Under the pieces are notes generated by a model that was not told the origin of the DNA, did no database searches, and saw nothing but the letters and a program-made list of their open reading frames with translations. A program made the translations under genes and the position numbers. From Octopus sinensis (taxonomy: Eukaryota), in the NCBI RefSeq assembly GCF_006345805.1, contig NC_043007.1:41354001-41418000 (forward strand): a DNA stretch of 64,000 nucleotides, read 5' to 3'. The stretch's first letter is position 1. Every line of letters starts with the position of its first letter. Below, piece by piece: positions 1-13,149 of this stretch.

Positions 1-45
1 TGCTTCAGCTCAAGGCCATACCCCTACTTTATTATATCTTTTATA

Positions 46-442
46 ATTTCTTTTATTTGTTTCAGGCATTAGACTGCGGCCATGCTAGGGCACCACCTTG
101 AAGAATTTTTGTCTTTTAGTCGAACGAATTGATCCTAGTACTTTCTAATTTTTTAAAAGCCTAGTACTTATTCTATCGGTCTCTTTTGTCGAACCGCTAT
201 GTTACGGGGACAGAAACACTTCAACACCGGTTGTAAAACGGTGGTAGAGACAAACACAGATACATACAAACACAGCTATATGTATACGACGGGCGTCTTT
301 CAGCTTCCGTCAACCAAATCCACTCACAAAGCTTTGGTTGGCCCGAGGCTATAGTAGAAGACACTTGCCCGAAGTGTCACGTAATAGGACTGAACGCGGA
401 ACCATGTGGTTGGGAAGCAAGCTTCTTACAACACAGCCATGG
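46..442 (-). mobile_element. tRNA-derived SINE, family A (CORE-like). Other copies at about 11760-12025, 18733-19075, 25414-25770, 26385-26830, 28308-28480, 33912-34065, 40495-40790, 51630-51765 (+) and 62305-62712 (-)
   Basis: Recurrent head ggctgtgtggtaagaagcttgcttcccaaccacatggtt..gggttcagtccc, core gtggcaccttgggcaagtgtcttctactatagcc. Confidence 0.85.
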
Positions 443-2154
443 CTAGGTTTCATCCGGGCATTTCCTCCCCAGAATGAGTGGAGAGGAAATAACCATAGAG
501 TATTTGTTCACTAAAATCTATATATTTTATATATTGCCTCACCTACGTTAAGTCTGATAGTACCGATTAGACTAGTGATTCCCAAACATTTTCAGGCTAC
601 CGCCCCCATGATACTCACGCCACATTCCTAGCGCCCCCTCTCCCCCTCAACACTACAAACATAGACCATTTTCTCCAGCAAATTTAAAAGAAAAGTATAT
701 TACAAATAAAACTTGACCTAATTAAACCATTATTTTGTTGTTTTTACATCCATCGTCCCCTTTTGGCCACCCCATTATTACACCATTATCAACAGTCCCT
801 GGATCTTTCCATTGGATTCGACCATGAGTTTTCTGAGTGGGTCGAATAAGACTACATTTTCAGAGTTGTCACCATAGTGTAAAAGAAGAAACGAAACCTG
901 CAAGCAAGCCACCAGCTTCATCGCAGGCTATTATAGTTACTGATTGTCATGAGAGAGAGAGTGGGGAGAGAGACAGACAGGCAGAGACAGAGAGTCATAT
1001 AACTAACAGAGGTGATTGTTTGCGTCCATTTCCATCACCTTTGAGATTATAGAAGTGGAAGCTATATATCGATAATTGATGTGCTTTTATGTTGTCACGA
1101 GGGGCTTGCAATCGCATAAGCTTGAGCTGGTCAGTGAAGGCATATTTCGTTGGCTGCTTCAATGATAACTGAATCAAACTCGCGAACATTTAACTTGATA
1201 TTTATTGCCAGACATATTGATATTTGGTGTTGGCTCTTTTCAATGAACAATATTAATAATTGCTGGATATGACTGAGACAAAAACTGCTCTGAAAATAAA
1301 GAAAATGGTTTGTATAACATATTGCGGTCAATGCAAATGTACACGAAGTCGTCTGCGCAAATCTCTGAGGCAAACTGTGTTATTAGCGGTCCATTGGCCG
1401 TTTTCATGGCAAGAGTGGAGGCGCACAAGTCAGCTGCCCTCAACACTCTGCAGTTGATTGAGCACCAAAAGCGATTATTATGAAAAACAAGAAAGCAAAC
1501 TTTAGAACATTAGAGAAAACCACATCATTTCACATCCGCACGTTAGTTGGTCGATTTATAGATCGATCACGTGAAACTATAGTGATTCACTCGAGTTGTT
1601 TGGCCGAGTATCTAGTGGTTAGGTTTCGAATCACTGCAACAATATCTTATGCGTTTCAATAGAATGGACTAGATCTGGGGAGAGAGAAGGAAGGAAGGGA
1701 AGAGAGCGAGAAAGATTGGTTGCAGTGAGCATTGTGTGGAGCTAATAAAAGGATACAGGGAATACCTTGTTCGCTGGCAGTGATCAGACAATAGTTCACA
1801 TTTGAGGGCTGTACGTGATCAAGAGATTGGTGTATGATGGAAGGTAAGGTTTACGATATCGGAAGAATATCACCGTCTTCCATCATCTTTTTGTTCTTCG
1901 TGTAGTTCAGGCTTCCGGCAGGCGAAGAGAGAAGACTTCAAGTATAAATGCTATTTACAACTGGTTTATTTACAGGTTTCACAGGATAGGTTAAGTGTGC
2001 TGCGCTCAGCAACCATCTTTAATCTCATCCAATATGGCGCTGACTGTGGAGAAGGAGAGTTATTCGGGAGGAATTTTGTGTGTTAGAGTTGCGAGAAGAA
2101 AAAAAAAAGAAGAAATAAGCTCGAGTATTTTAGCAGCGAGAGTTCTACATATAT

Positions 2155-3710
2155 ATTTCTTTATTGTCCACAACGGGCTAAATATAGAGGGGACAAGCAA
2201 AGACAGACAAAGGGGTTAATTCGATTATATCGACCCCAGTGCGAAACTGGTACTTAATTTATCGACCCCGAAAGGATGAAAGGCGTAGTCGACCTCGGCG
2301 GAATTTGAACTCAGAACGTAACGGCAAACGAAATACGGTTACGCATTTCGCCCGGCGTGCTAATGATTCTGCCAGCTCGCCGCCTTGAGAGTACTACATA
2401 TAGGCTGAATATTGATTGACAAACAGCGGGTGGAGGATTTTGAAAAGTTAGCGGAAATCCTCTTAGCAAAAGACCAGAGGATCCACCAAGATGCAACTGG
2501 GAGGCATGAGAGCTTAAAGGTCGCATTTTACTTTCTTGGTGGTTATCTGTTAAGCGTTACTGTTTTGGGTAAATGCCTTCTTGTGCTTGTGATGGTAGAT
2601 GACTTCATTCGAGTATTGTAAGCACTAATTATCCCTGTATAGCTGCGAACTAGCTACTCTAAGTGGTTGCTCCCCACCGTATCAGAAAATGAGACGTTGG
2701 ATAATGTGATCGAGGGATTCCTTGTACACAGGTAAAAAAAAAACAACAACCTGAATAAGATGAATGTATTTGATCATAAACCCGTGTTATGTGTAGTTTC
2801 GTTCTCGATGGATGATAGACAACTCAAATGAAGGCATTGTTATTGTTTTAGGTGTTTATTTACTTTACCTGTTACACGAACTGTCAACATTCAGCGTAGT
2901 AATACATATATACTTTAGACACAGTTCGTACTGTTTACTAACAAAATAGTGCCAAAAGTGGGGATGTATTCTACACACGTATACCTACGTATACACATAG
3001 ATATGAATGTGTAACAACCCGTTCGGCCAGGATTGAGCTGGGGCTAAATAACAACTATTGCTGCTACTTGAAGTATTTGAGATAATGTGGGGAATGTAAA
3101 GGGACATATTTGGGTGAATAATATTGCTTTCAAATTTTGGCACCAGGCCAACAATTTCGGGGGAGTAAATCAATTACATCAACGCCAGTGCTCGACTGGT
3201 ACTTATTTTATTGACCCCGAAAGGACGAATGGCAAAGTCGACCTCGGTGGAATTGGAATTCAGGACGTAAAGATGGACGAAATACCGCTAAGCATTCTAC
3301 ACGGTGTGCTATCCTTTCTACTATAGGTACAAGACCTGACATTTGGGGGAGGGGGATAGTCAATTACATCGACCCCAGTGTTTCACCGGTACTTAATTTA
3401 TCGACCCCAAAAGGATGAAAGGCAAAGTTCACCTCGGCGGTATTTGAACTCAGAACGTAGCAACAGACGAAATACCTATTTCTTTACTGCCCACAAGGGT
3501 CTAAACACAGAGAGGACAAACAAGGACAGACAAACGGATTAAGTCGATTATATCGACCCCAGTGCGTAACTGATACTTATTTAATCGACCTCGAAAGGAT
3601 GAAAAGCAAAGTCGACCTCAGCGGAATTTGAACTCAGAACATAACGGCAGACGAAATGCGACTACGCATTTCGCCCGGCGTGTTAACGTTTCTGCCAGCT
3701 CGCCGCCTTA
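2155..3710 (-). mobile_element. Cluster of tRNA-derived SINEs, family B (Meta/Nin-like core), CpG-rich copies
   Basis: Repeated gaggtcgactttgcctttcatcctttcggggtcgataaattaagtaccag core (reverse strand) at about 2155-2390 and 3130-3710. Confidence 0.85.
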
Positions 3711-4509
3711 TTTAGATGACTAATGTCTATTCTTCATATAGCTGTCACGGATGAGTTGCGTGTGTGTGAAGTACATTTGTTGTGAAAGGTTATCACAGCA
3801 AAGTTCCAAACAGTTAATTAAATTGAAATACCAGAAGGTTTGGAGATCAGGGAGAAATGAAATGCAGTAAGAAGTTGTAATGTGAGTGTTGTGTCGACTA
3901 AGCAGTGGTCAGACAATCTAATGGGAACAGAAAATAGTGATGGCTGAGTTTGGATGTAAGGAAGATGAGATTATACCATACGACACAAAGCAAAACTGGA
4001 CACAATATATACTCGATAACATAATTAAATCAAAGAGAAAACTAAATACAGTTTTTTTACGATAGATTTTAATTCTTATTTTTTCATAGCAGAATCGGTA
4101 GAGCGTTGGACAAAATTCCTTGCAGTACTTATTTTAGATTCTTTATGCTTTAAGTTCTAATCCTTCGAGGCTTAATTAATTTTTCATTCTTCCAGGGCCG
4201 GTAAAAATAACCAGTTAAGAATTATGGTCAGTTTAATCAACAATATCCATCGCTTCAAAGCTGAGGCTTTGTACCTATAAAAGAAATCGATCGCATTTCT
4301 TACTCCAAATTTGTGATCCGTGTGCCTATGTCAAAAATCATGATATGATTGAAGAGTTTCAATCTTTCGGTGTCCATTCCGACTGTCATTTTACAAAGTA
4401 ATCAGTATCTCTGAAACTTGGTCGATTCCGCAAGGACTAAACAGTGTGAGCACTTGAGAGTTGAAACAAATTCTTCTCAAAGTAGATCACAAAGTTTGGA
4501 AAGCAATAA

Positions 4510-7335
4510 ATAAATAAGCAAAACACAGGCAAATTGACAGTGCCAACAGAGCCACGGATGAAATGCCTTGCAGTGTTTATTCTCGTTCGTACCTTTCGAC
4601 TCCCCTTGGAGCCAACTTAGCTTTTCGTCCTTCCGGGATCGACAAATAAAGTACCAGTTTAAGACAGTTAGCCGGCAGAATTGTGAGAACGTCGGGTGGG
4701 ATACCTTGTGGTATTTTTCCGGTTTTAGCGTTATGAATTTAAGTGGTTTTTTCCCCCTTCTTTTTCATTTTGACCGGCTACACTTGCACGGTCCGGTTCA
4801 CACTCAACTTCCTTACCACAGTCTTCCATCTTTTTCCGTACACACTCTGAGGCAGGTACCTTTTCTCCAGACGGATCTTTCGTAACAGGTGAAAGTTAAA
4901 ATAACTTACTAGCCCGTGTCTGGAGATAAAGTGGTCTGTCTCAATCCCTTTCGCACGTGTCATCCATACTGTGTCTTTCAGTATGGCTACTACGCAGAAA
5001 AAAGATGCCTTCTTTTCCTTGTTAAAGGAGGGAGACGGTACGATCTTAACCATGGACTCAGTCGAGAGCCGTACTCTTTCTGCATCCGACATCAGTTGTT
5101 CGACATAGGTTATCAACTTCCTCAACTCCTCACAGAATACGAAGGCGTGCGTGACAGTTTCACTGACGCGCCCGCACCTCGGGCATGTGGGGGAAGTGTC
5201 AAAACCGTGTCTAGACAACCTCTCTCGAACCGGTAAGGCCGATCGGTAGTACAACCAAACCAGGGATTTCTGGAAGTTATCCAGATACCTCGACTCGAAT
5301 GTCTGTCCGAACAGGCTGGTCAGTTGCTCCTCATCGAAGCCTAGAGTCTCCTTCAGGATGTCGTCGGATTCATACTCTACCAACCCTCTATAAAAATCTG
5401 CAGTGGTAACCTAGATGTCGGTATTGCTCTTGAGAGAGAACTAAGTTAGTGCTTGTCTGCACTCCTGCCATTCTCCCATCCTAGGTCTCCGCTTGATCCA
5501 TGTACCTAAGTCCCTGAGGGACTTCAAATGTGGAAAGAGTTGCTTGGCATGCGGTGACCACACCTGCTAACCATACAGGTAGCGCCAGAGGTCTCTCAGC
5601 TACAGCGCAAACTTGAGCATCATCAGCCAAGGCATCCCCAATCTACCCCTTAACGGTTACTAGCAGCAGATGGAGCGCCTCGTAAGTGGAGTTTTCTCTT
5701 TCCACAAAAAGCGGAAAAGGATCCTTTCCAACTTGGTCAGCCACAAACCGGGGCAAGGCACGACGGTTAGGCGGTAGGTTATCACTGATGCTATAAGATC
5801 TGTGCAACCTCGGCCCTTCCTAGCAAAGATAACGTCCTCCCAGACCAAGTTTGGGTTATGGCCGTCATCTTGCTTGTCACCTCGCTCCAATTTTTCTCCA
5901 CTTAGAGATCTGGTACAAACCGAATTCCGAGCAATTTAACCGAGCCTTCCGTCCAGCGTCCGACGACGCTGTTGGGAAGCATCAACTTGTCACGCCATGT
6001 GCCGAGTTGCAAGCCGACTGATTTCTCCTGGAAATCCCGGAGGGTATCTCCATGGTCCAGCGTCCCGCTCCTCCCGAACAACGCAGCAAAAGTGCTCGTG
6101 AAAGGCCTTGCACATCTCTTCCTGTCCATGTTCATTAACCACAGACCTTATCGTAGCATCCACAACACGTTGGGTTTCTACCGGGCGAGCCCACCCGGCA
6201 ACGTTGATACCCTCGCGACCCAATGCTCGTACTTTAGCCTTCGTGTTTGGCATTGAGGTGTCGGTCCAAGGCCGATCTCGCTGCGAAAACTTGGGATGCA
6301 GAGCCCATTCTCAGCGCCTCTTCTAACGCCTTAACTAAATCCCTTTCTACTCTGGTCTGCTCTATACTTAACTGCCTGCTAAATCTAGTCGTCTTAAGTC
6401 GAATGACTCTTTTGAAGGCTCTCCACCACCGGTTATTTAACGGACTCCTCGGCGGTGAGTCCACGCCCTCCTTCCGCCTCCCCCTTCCATCCGCCACCGT
6501 ACAATCCTCCCCACCTACTGAGTCCGTCACTCTTCCCCCGCTCGGCACCCTGCCGCCTCTGCTCTTCAAAACTTTTGCGTCCTCCTCCACACTATACACA
6601 ACCGCTGTCATCGGCCACGCCTCCCCAATCTCCGGTAACACCCTGCCAATCCCCACCCTGACCACTCACTTGTCACAACAAGTCGGCAGAAGTACCTACT
6701 CCGCCACTCCCATCGGCTCAGTGGCGCGGCTCATCACGTCTTCCTCCCCACCAAACCCCACCTCCACCGCTCCGCACTTACCTCCACGTGCACAAAATGT
6801 GAAAAGCCTCTCCACTTCCCTGAGACACTCCTCCACCGTCTCTATTGGGGCCACCTCCATCCTCCTAAAGGACGCAGACAACGTTCTGCACACCACTGCT
6901 CCCCACCGCCATGCTGTTCGCCAACTCCTGCGGTGGAGCCAGCCCCAAACTGGCTGCCTTCCCTTCCACCAACCTACCACTTTCCTTCCACCTTCCGGGT
7001 TTCATCTTAACTTCACGCGCCTCCAAAGCGCTGGTCGACACTCCCCTACTCGTAGCTGATGCGCAACTTCCAGCTGATTCACCTTCCACATCTCCTCCTT
7101 CCTCCACCTCACCCACAGTTGGGGAAGAGAACAAATACAATAACAGGCAAAAACAGCAGCAATAGATCAAAATTCAACAAAGTTAACAAATCCCAGGCTC
7201 ACCCACTCGGAGAAACCCTCAACAAGTACAACAAACAGTCACTCCATAACCACGCGATTCCATCTCAAACCATCAACACAAAAACATCTGCAACGCCTTT
7301 TAAGTCTGGAACCAACAGACTCCGCGACTAGAAGG
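4510..7335 (-). mobile_element. L1/Tx1-clade non-LTR retrotransposon, degenerate and internally deleted
   Basis: ORF2 C-terminal CPRC-x7-H-x4-C zinc knuckle (ORF 4778-5383), LERILFRFLW motif, RT end EKSVGL...KLLGIRF, post-endonuclease WWRAFKRVI. GC-rich ORF1-like 5' part. Boundaries approximate. Confidence 0.8.
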
Positions 7336-7552
7336 AGGTTAGCATTTATAGTCAATAGTAGGTTCAAATGGAGTTTAGAAAAGACTGTCTCATGTGATTT
7401 ATTTGGAGGCTGTGATTGGTTGGGTTGCTTACTGGCACGCGATAGAGTAAGAGACAAATTGCGCTAATATCAAGCAATCAGAGTGGTAGATACAACGGGG
7501 TACAAAATAGCGCCGAAGGTTAGCTGTTACCTGCTACGTTCGTAAGTATTTA

Positions 7553-7871
7553 GGATCTATTCAATTTGACAGACGGATTTTTTAATTAATTTTTTTTTTA
7601 CTAAACATTTTGAAACTTCGGATACTGTTAGAATGTGTCACACAGAACAGGGTTTTTTCTTAACTTTTTTACAAAATTTTGTATTTTAGAAGTTAATACA
7701 CAAATAGGACAACTTTAACACGAAATAACTTCTAAAATACAAAATTTTGTCAAAAACGTCAAGAGTAAACCCTGTTCTATGTGACACATTCTACCAGTAT
7801 CTGAAGTTCTGAAGTGTTTAGCTAAAAAAAAAAACTAATTAAAAAATCTGTCCGTCAAATTGAATAGATCC
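7553..7871. mobile_element. Foldback MITE (about 145-bp inverted arms, short spacer)
   Basis: ggatctattcaatttgac... pairs with ...gtcaaattgaatagatcc, with arm homology continuing to the centre. Confidence 0.85.
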
Positions 7872-8114
7872 AGTATGGATTTATATGTACGACAGAGAGA
7901 GGAAGTTCACTAGAGTTCGCTACAAATGCATTCATTTGGGTGGGAAAATCACTGGGTTTCGAAGTGCTGATTTGATCAAGTTTTGAACAGGATCGTTGGT
8001 CAAAGATGACGTGACTGGTTGCAAATTGGTAGGTGCTCGGGAAAACAACAGGACCTTGGGTTATAAATTAGAAAAATAAAAGATACGGAAACCTTGCACA
8101 TACACAAATTTTAG

Positions 8115-8680
8115 GCGAAGGTAAAGAATACGCATACCCGGTGTTTCTCCCAAATTTGTTTATTAAAATTTTTTTGGGGGGGCCAAAAACCACTGTTTTC
8201 GGATACGGAAATTCCGGAAAATTGCCAAAAATAGGCATTGTTAAATCCCCACACCTAATTCTTCAATTCTGACTTTTTCCCTCAACACTAACCCTAACCC
8301 TAAAACCCTAACCGTAACTACAGAAATGTTTTGAAATTTTTGTCCGAATCATAATGTCCGTATTTTTCCGCATATTTAGAAAAAAAAAATTCTTAAAAAA
8401 AAAGTTTTACAAAAATTTTTGGAAATTTTTCAGAATCATAATCTCCGTATTTTTCCGCATATTTTGAGAAAAAAAAATTCAGAAAAAAGTAAAAAATGAA
8501 GGAAATAAGGGTGGGGGTCTGTAGCGAAAAAAAAAAATTAAGTGTGGTTTTTTTTTGGGGGGGGGGGGGGTCTTGCCGCGGAAAATTTGATGTTTATTGT
8601 TTACCTCAAATACATCTTGTGAAAATGTAATTCGGAATTTCACGAATTTTCCGCTTTTCTAGCGACCATCCTGTATATAC
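8115..8680. repeat. Unclassified interspersed repeat with telomere-like (TAACCC)n motif and an internal 89-bp-period duplication
   Basis: taaccctaaccctaaaaccctaaccgtaac at about 8289-8318; gaatcataat.tccgtatttttccgcatattt occurs twice (about 8346 and 8433). Confidence 0.55.
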
Positions 8681-9299
8681 TTAAATTTACGCATAATACG
8701 GCAAGGGTAGGCTTTCATTTAAGGGATTTATAAATGTGCTCTTATATGTCCCTAAAGCGAAAAATAGACACCTTATGAACATATTCCTGTTTCGTCACAA
8801 GTCACCTCTATGAACAAACATAACAAATATATGAGTATGAAAAACATTTTCCAACTTCCATTTTCCTTTCTATCTTCCTTTTCTCCTTTTCGGAGTACGC
8901 AACCCATTTTAGGAACGGCGTTGCCTACTTGGAGTGCGAAAGTGAATGACTGTCTAAATCAAAGATGGGCAATCCCGCGATACTTCCAGCAGAGCACGCC
9001 CAACGAAAAATTATAAATTTTTTGTAGTAGTGCAGCCCGCCCATTGATTAGTCAAGTTACATGCAGCCCATTTCTCGATAAAGGTTGCCCGTGCCCGGTC
9101 TAAACTAATAAAAGTAATATAATAAACTGATTTAGAGGCATAATAAAGATTACTGAAAGAATGCAATCACCGATCGGCAAACTTTCAGAGCAGCTATCAT
9201 TCATTAACTCACGGAGATAGAAATGGACAAAGAATTTACTGTCAAACACGTCTCACAAAACGGGAGTAACAGTAAAAAAAATACATGCATCAACACAAA

Positions 9300-9410
9300 C
9301 AAGTTCATAACAAAAATAATTAAGTGATAGTGAACACACAAACTTCTGACGTCACAGCCGCTGTGTTTATCACGTAGTACACAACACCGCCACATGCAAG
9401 GTACTTACAA
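9300..9410 (+). promoter_or_regulatory. Candidate promoter / first exon region with a perfect CRE palindrome TGACGTCA (9347-9354)
   Basis: Non-repetitive, CpG-retaining sequence. Possible donor AAG/GTACTT at 9401. Lies near the transition from CpG-retaining to CpG-depleted sequence. Confidence 0.35.
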
Positions 9411-11231
9411 GCTTTAGTTGTGACCACATTCCGATTGTAACAAGTCAACAGGGAGTTAATTTGTTCATGTCCATGTATTATTTTATTTATTTATTTACTA
9501 ATCTACTTATCCAACTAAATGTATATATTCATTTTAATATTTTATTATACTTAAGTGATGTATTTGTCGCCTATTGTCTAATGGTGTTAGTTACCTATGT
9601 AACTTTAAACTGTTTAAAAATAACTCGAACCGAAATATAACTTAACCTATTTATTTATTGTTGATAACTATACTTTTTTTATTTATACTTCATAATAATA
9701 ATAAGTACATACGTAATCATTATACTCAATAAGTATTTGTTTTAGTTGATTTCATCGAATAATTAGGTGTAATTACAGGTATTTGTTTTATGAATTCCCA
9801 GAAGGATAAGTGGTTATGAAGACAAGACTGATCGTAATTAAATTTGTAGTGCGATTTCGTTTCACTGTTTCAATTACCTCTCTCTTAGTTGTGTCGTTTA
9901 AAAAAGACTGAATTCTAATTTCGTTGGGTCCGAATTTGCATTTCGTTTCCCTGCGTATGTTAGACAGTGAGCTATGAAACAAGTACCCGTAATATACTAG
10001 ATCGAGTCAGTTGACGATGTCAGTTATCTCACTAGTGTAGCTGTAGATTGCCAAGTAAAGTCTAAGAACTAAGGAATGAAAATAACTATTTGTGTGCGTA
10101 TGAAAACTTTTATCCGAGCCAATGAAGGAGCCAGTCTTTATCTGGTTGCTCGATCTGTTATGAATACTAGCCAAATCTGCCTTAGATCACATCCTTACTA
10201 CCTTAAGTAAAAGACACAATAGTTAATGTAGTCCATCATTTTTTCAAAGATGGGTTGGTTCGTTTACAACTGGAATGCTTTTGAAGCCTGGGGCTAAACA
10301 ACAGCTTTGTTAATTATGATAATTAGTGATAAAAGATATTTTTCAAAGAAGTAATAAAAAAAAAATGGTGACAATCTTAAGCAGCTGGACTGGTTGTCGG
10401 GTTAACAACATAATTACTCTACATAGTATCGTGTATTTTACCGCATTTCTTTCGTGGCACACAGCCAAGTGTTTTCGGGGAGGTCCTTCAAATTCTTCTC
10501 GGCTCCAGGACAAAAGGAGATGATAGTTAATGTCAAATCTCTCACCTACTGACCACTTAGGTTATTAACACAACTAGTTTTATGTTCAGTAAATAGCAAT
10601 TTCTTAATTTTTGAGGGCACTGGAAATTGTCGAGGGAGTAAAGTTTCCGTACTGGATGCCTGGAATAGAAGTTAATCTCCTTCAGGTGTCACCCGAATGT
10701 CTTTAAAACAAACTTGGAAGGACACAATGGATAATGCTGTCCTAGTTAGAACTGCTGGAATGCTTTTAATTAGTGGTGACTTGTGACGAAACAGGAACAT
10801 GTTCACAAAAAGTTTTGTGTATATGTATGTATGTATGTAATTGCAATTTCTAACATTTTGGGTCCCTACTTCAGTACCTTTTCCTTTACTCTTGAGAAAT
10901 GTTACTTCGAGCGACAGATATTAGAAAACTCTGGAAAGATACGTTGATATTTTCGTCTAACTACTTCTGTTATTGCCTGCCTTAATATTTTTTGGTTGCA
11001 GGAAAGTTGCTGGTCCAATGTAAGTCACTTGGCTCCTTGAATTATGACAATGAAAAAAGATGAAACTAATTGTCATTAATTATCCACATTGAGTAGTCAT
11101 GATAGCTCGGGCTTACTCGAACTTAGTCGCTTGCTATAAATGTAGATTGCTTAGAATAATGTTTTATTAACTTGGGTTGTTAGTATGAATAACTCCTATC
11201 ACACATTTAAATAGAAGAAATTTTGTAAACA

Positions 11232-11361
11232 ATATATATATATGTATATATACATATATGTGTGTGTATATATGTGTATATATATATGTATGTATATATA
11301 TATATATATTATATATATATATATATATATAATATATATATATGTATATATATATATAATG

Positions 11362-11426
<65 letters not shown>

Positions 11427-11590
11427 AGATGTGTGTATGTATATGTACATGTGTGTGTATATATATATGTATGTATATATACTTATGTGTGTATATATAT
11501 ATATATATGTATATACACATCTGTGTGTATATATATATATATGTATATATACATATATGTGTGTGTATATATATGTATACATACATATAA
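11232..11590. repeat. (TA)n/(TG)n microsatellite field; similar fields at about 47035-47165, 50047-50160, 51763-52165, 56549-57051, 63600-63730
   Basis: Directly visible dinucleotide runs; they generate the spurious YIYI ORFs. Confidence 0.97.
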
Positions 11591-11714
11591 TGGGTAAGAG
11601 AAATGATGTGAAAGTAGATTTTTATTCCATGTTTACAGCTGTTTCATCAATATTAACATGCATATAAACTAAACACATACAAACGTGTGTGTGTGTGTAT
11701 ATATATGTATATAT

Positions 11715-11751
<37 letters not shown>

Positions 11752-12025
11752 CAAGAGAGTGGCATGTCTGTGTGGTAAGAAGTTTGCTTCTCAACCACAT
11801 GGTCCCAGATTCAGCTCACTGAGTGGCACCTTGGGCACATGTCTTCTACTATAACCTCAGGCTGATCAAAACCTTGTGTGCGCATTTAGTAGACAGAAAT
11901 TGAAAGAAGCCTATTGTGTGTGTGTGCGTTGGTTTGTTTATGCCTCCATAACTTAGGGGTTTGGTAAAATTGACCAGGCTTTTAAAAAAAATGTACTGGG
12001 AGGTGATTTGTTTGATTAAACCCTT

Positions 12026-12966
12026 CAGTTGTTCCTATCAGTAAGAACAAAAAATGCAAAATTTCAGGCCCCAACTCCCAGCAGTTCAAAAGTTATGACG
12101 ATTTGAAATTTGGCCCAAATCACCCATTTTTAGGCAAGCAGTGGCTATCTTGAATTTCAATGTCGCAACAAATAATGTAATAACTTTCAATCCACATGGA
12201 CTATTTTTCTGAAAATTTGTACCTGCACCCCCCCTTTTTTTGTTTGTTTTTGGGTCCTGCATCTGAATTTGAACAGAAAAGAGAGTATTTCTCATGGTAG
12301 AGTGCTTGTTTTCTTGAATCAAATTGAAAACACTACACCGTTTTTCCCCAACACTGCTGTGTACTCAAAGCCAAATTCCCAGAAGTGCCCAAATCAGGTG
12401 TACTGATATGACCATTGTGAAAACAGAATTTGAAGAAAACAGGTACCAACAATTTCTTCTGAATACCATGTTTCCTATGATTGTGGTTGGAAAATATCAA
12501 GTGAACGGCTCGACTTGGTGGTTTGTAACTTTTGATGTCTTGAGAGTGCCATTGAGATTTTTCACACACAAGTAAAAGATCATGTCCAGTTTATGTGCAA
12601 AAAGTTTTGAAGCTGTAGGATTTGGGCACTTCTGGGAATTTGGCTTTGAGTACACAGCAGTGTCGAGAGAAAACAGTGAAGTGCTTTCATTTTGATTCAA
12701 GAAAACAAGCATTTTACCATTTCTCTACAAATTCAGACTCAGCACTCAAAAAAATGGTCAGGTACAAATTTTCAGAAAAATAGTCCATGTAGATTGAAAG
12801 TTATTACATTATTTGTTGCGGCATTGAAATTCAAGATGGCCACTGCTTGCCTAAAAATGGGTGAATTGGGGCAAAATTCAAATTGTCGTAACTTTTGAAC
12901 CATTGGGAGTTGGGGGAGTGGAGCTGAAATTTTGCACTTTTCTATTCTTACTGATAGGAACAACTG
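12026..12966. mobile_element. Long foldback element (arms about 12026-12394 and 12619-12966)
   Basis: cagttgttcctatcagtaaga / tcttactgataggaacaactg. The ORF track gives near-identical peptides on opposite strands (12086-12322 - and 12692-12898 +). Confidence 0.88.
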
Positions 12967-13149
12967 GTCAAAATTTGGTGAAAATCTGAAATGTTGGCTT
13001 TCAAAATTCCGTTTTTTGTCCCTGGTTTACATGAAATTATCCTTTTGTAATCTACTTCTACTACACACAGTGACTGCTGCTCATGTTGATGGCCTGCTTT
13101 CACTGTCACTTCTCTCAACAATTGAAATATATAGTGTGAGAAATAAGTA

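Noticed and set aside
1067-1310. DRE-like TATCGATA (1067-1074) and a possible exon 1211-1307 encoding MTETKTALKIKKM
   Set aside because: Short motifs are expected by chance in AT-rich DNA; weak donor and no recognisable protein.
6247-7059. 270-aa plus-strand ORF
   Set aside because: Antisense shadow of the GC-rich L1/Tx1 element; no recognisable domain.
11167-11667. Long YIYI/ICIY ORFs here and at 47, 50-52, 56-57 and 63 kb
   Set aside because: Translations of (TA)n/(TG)n microsatellites.
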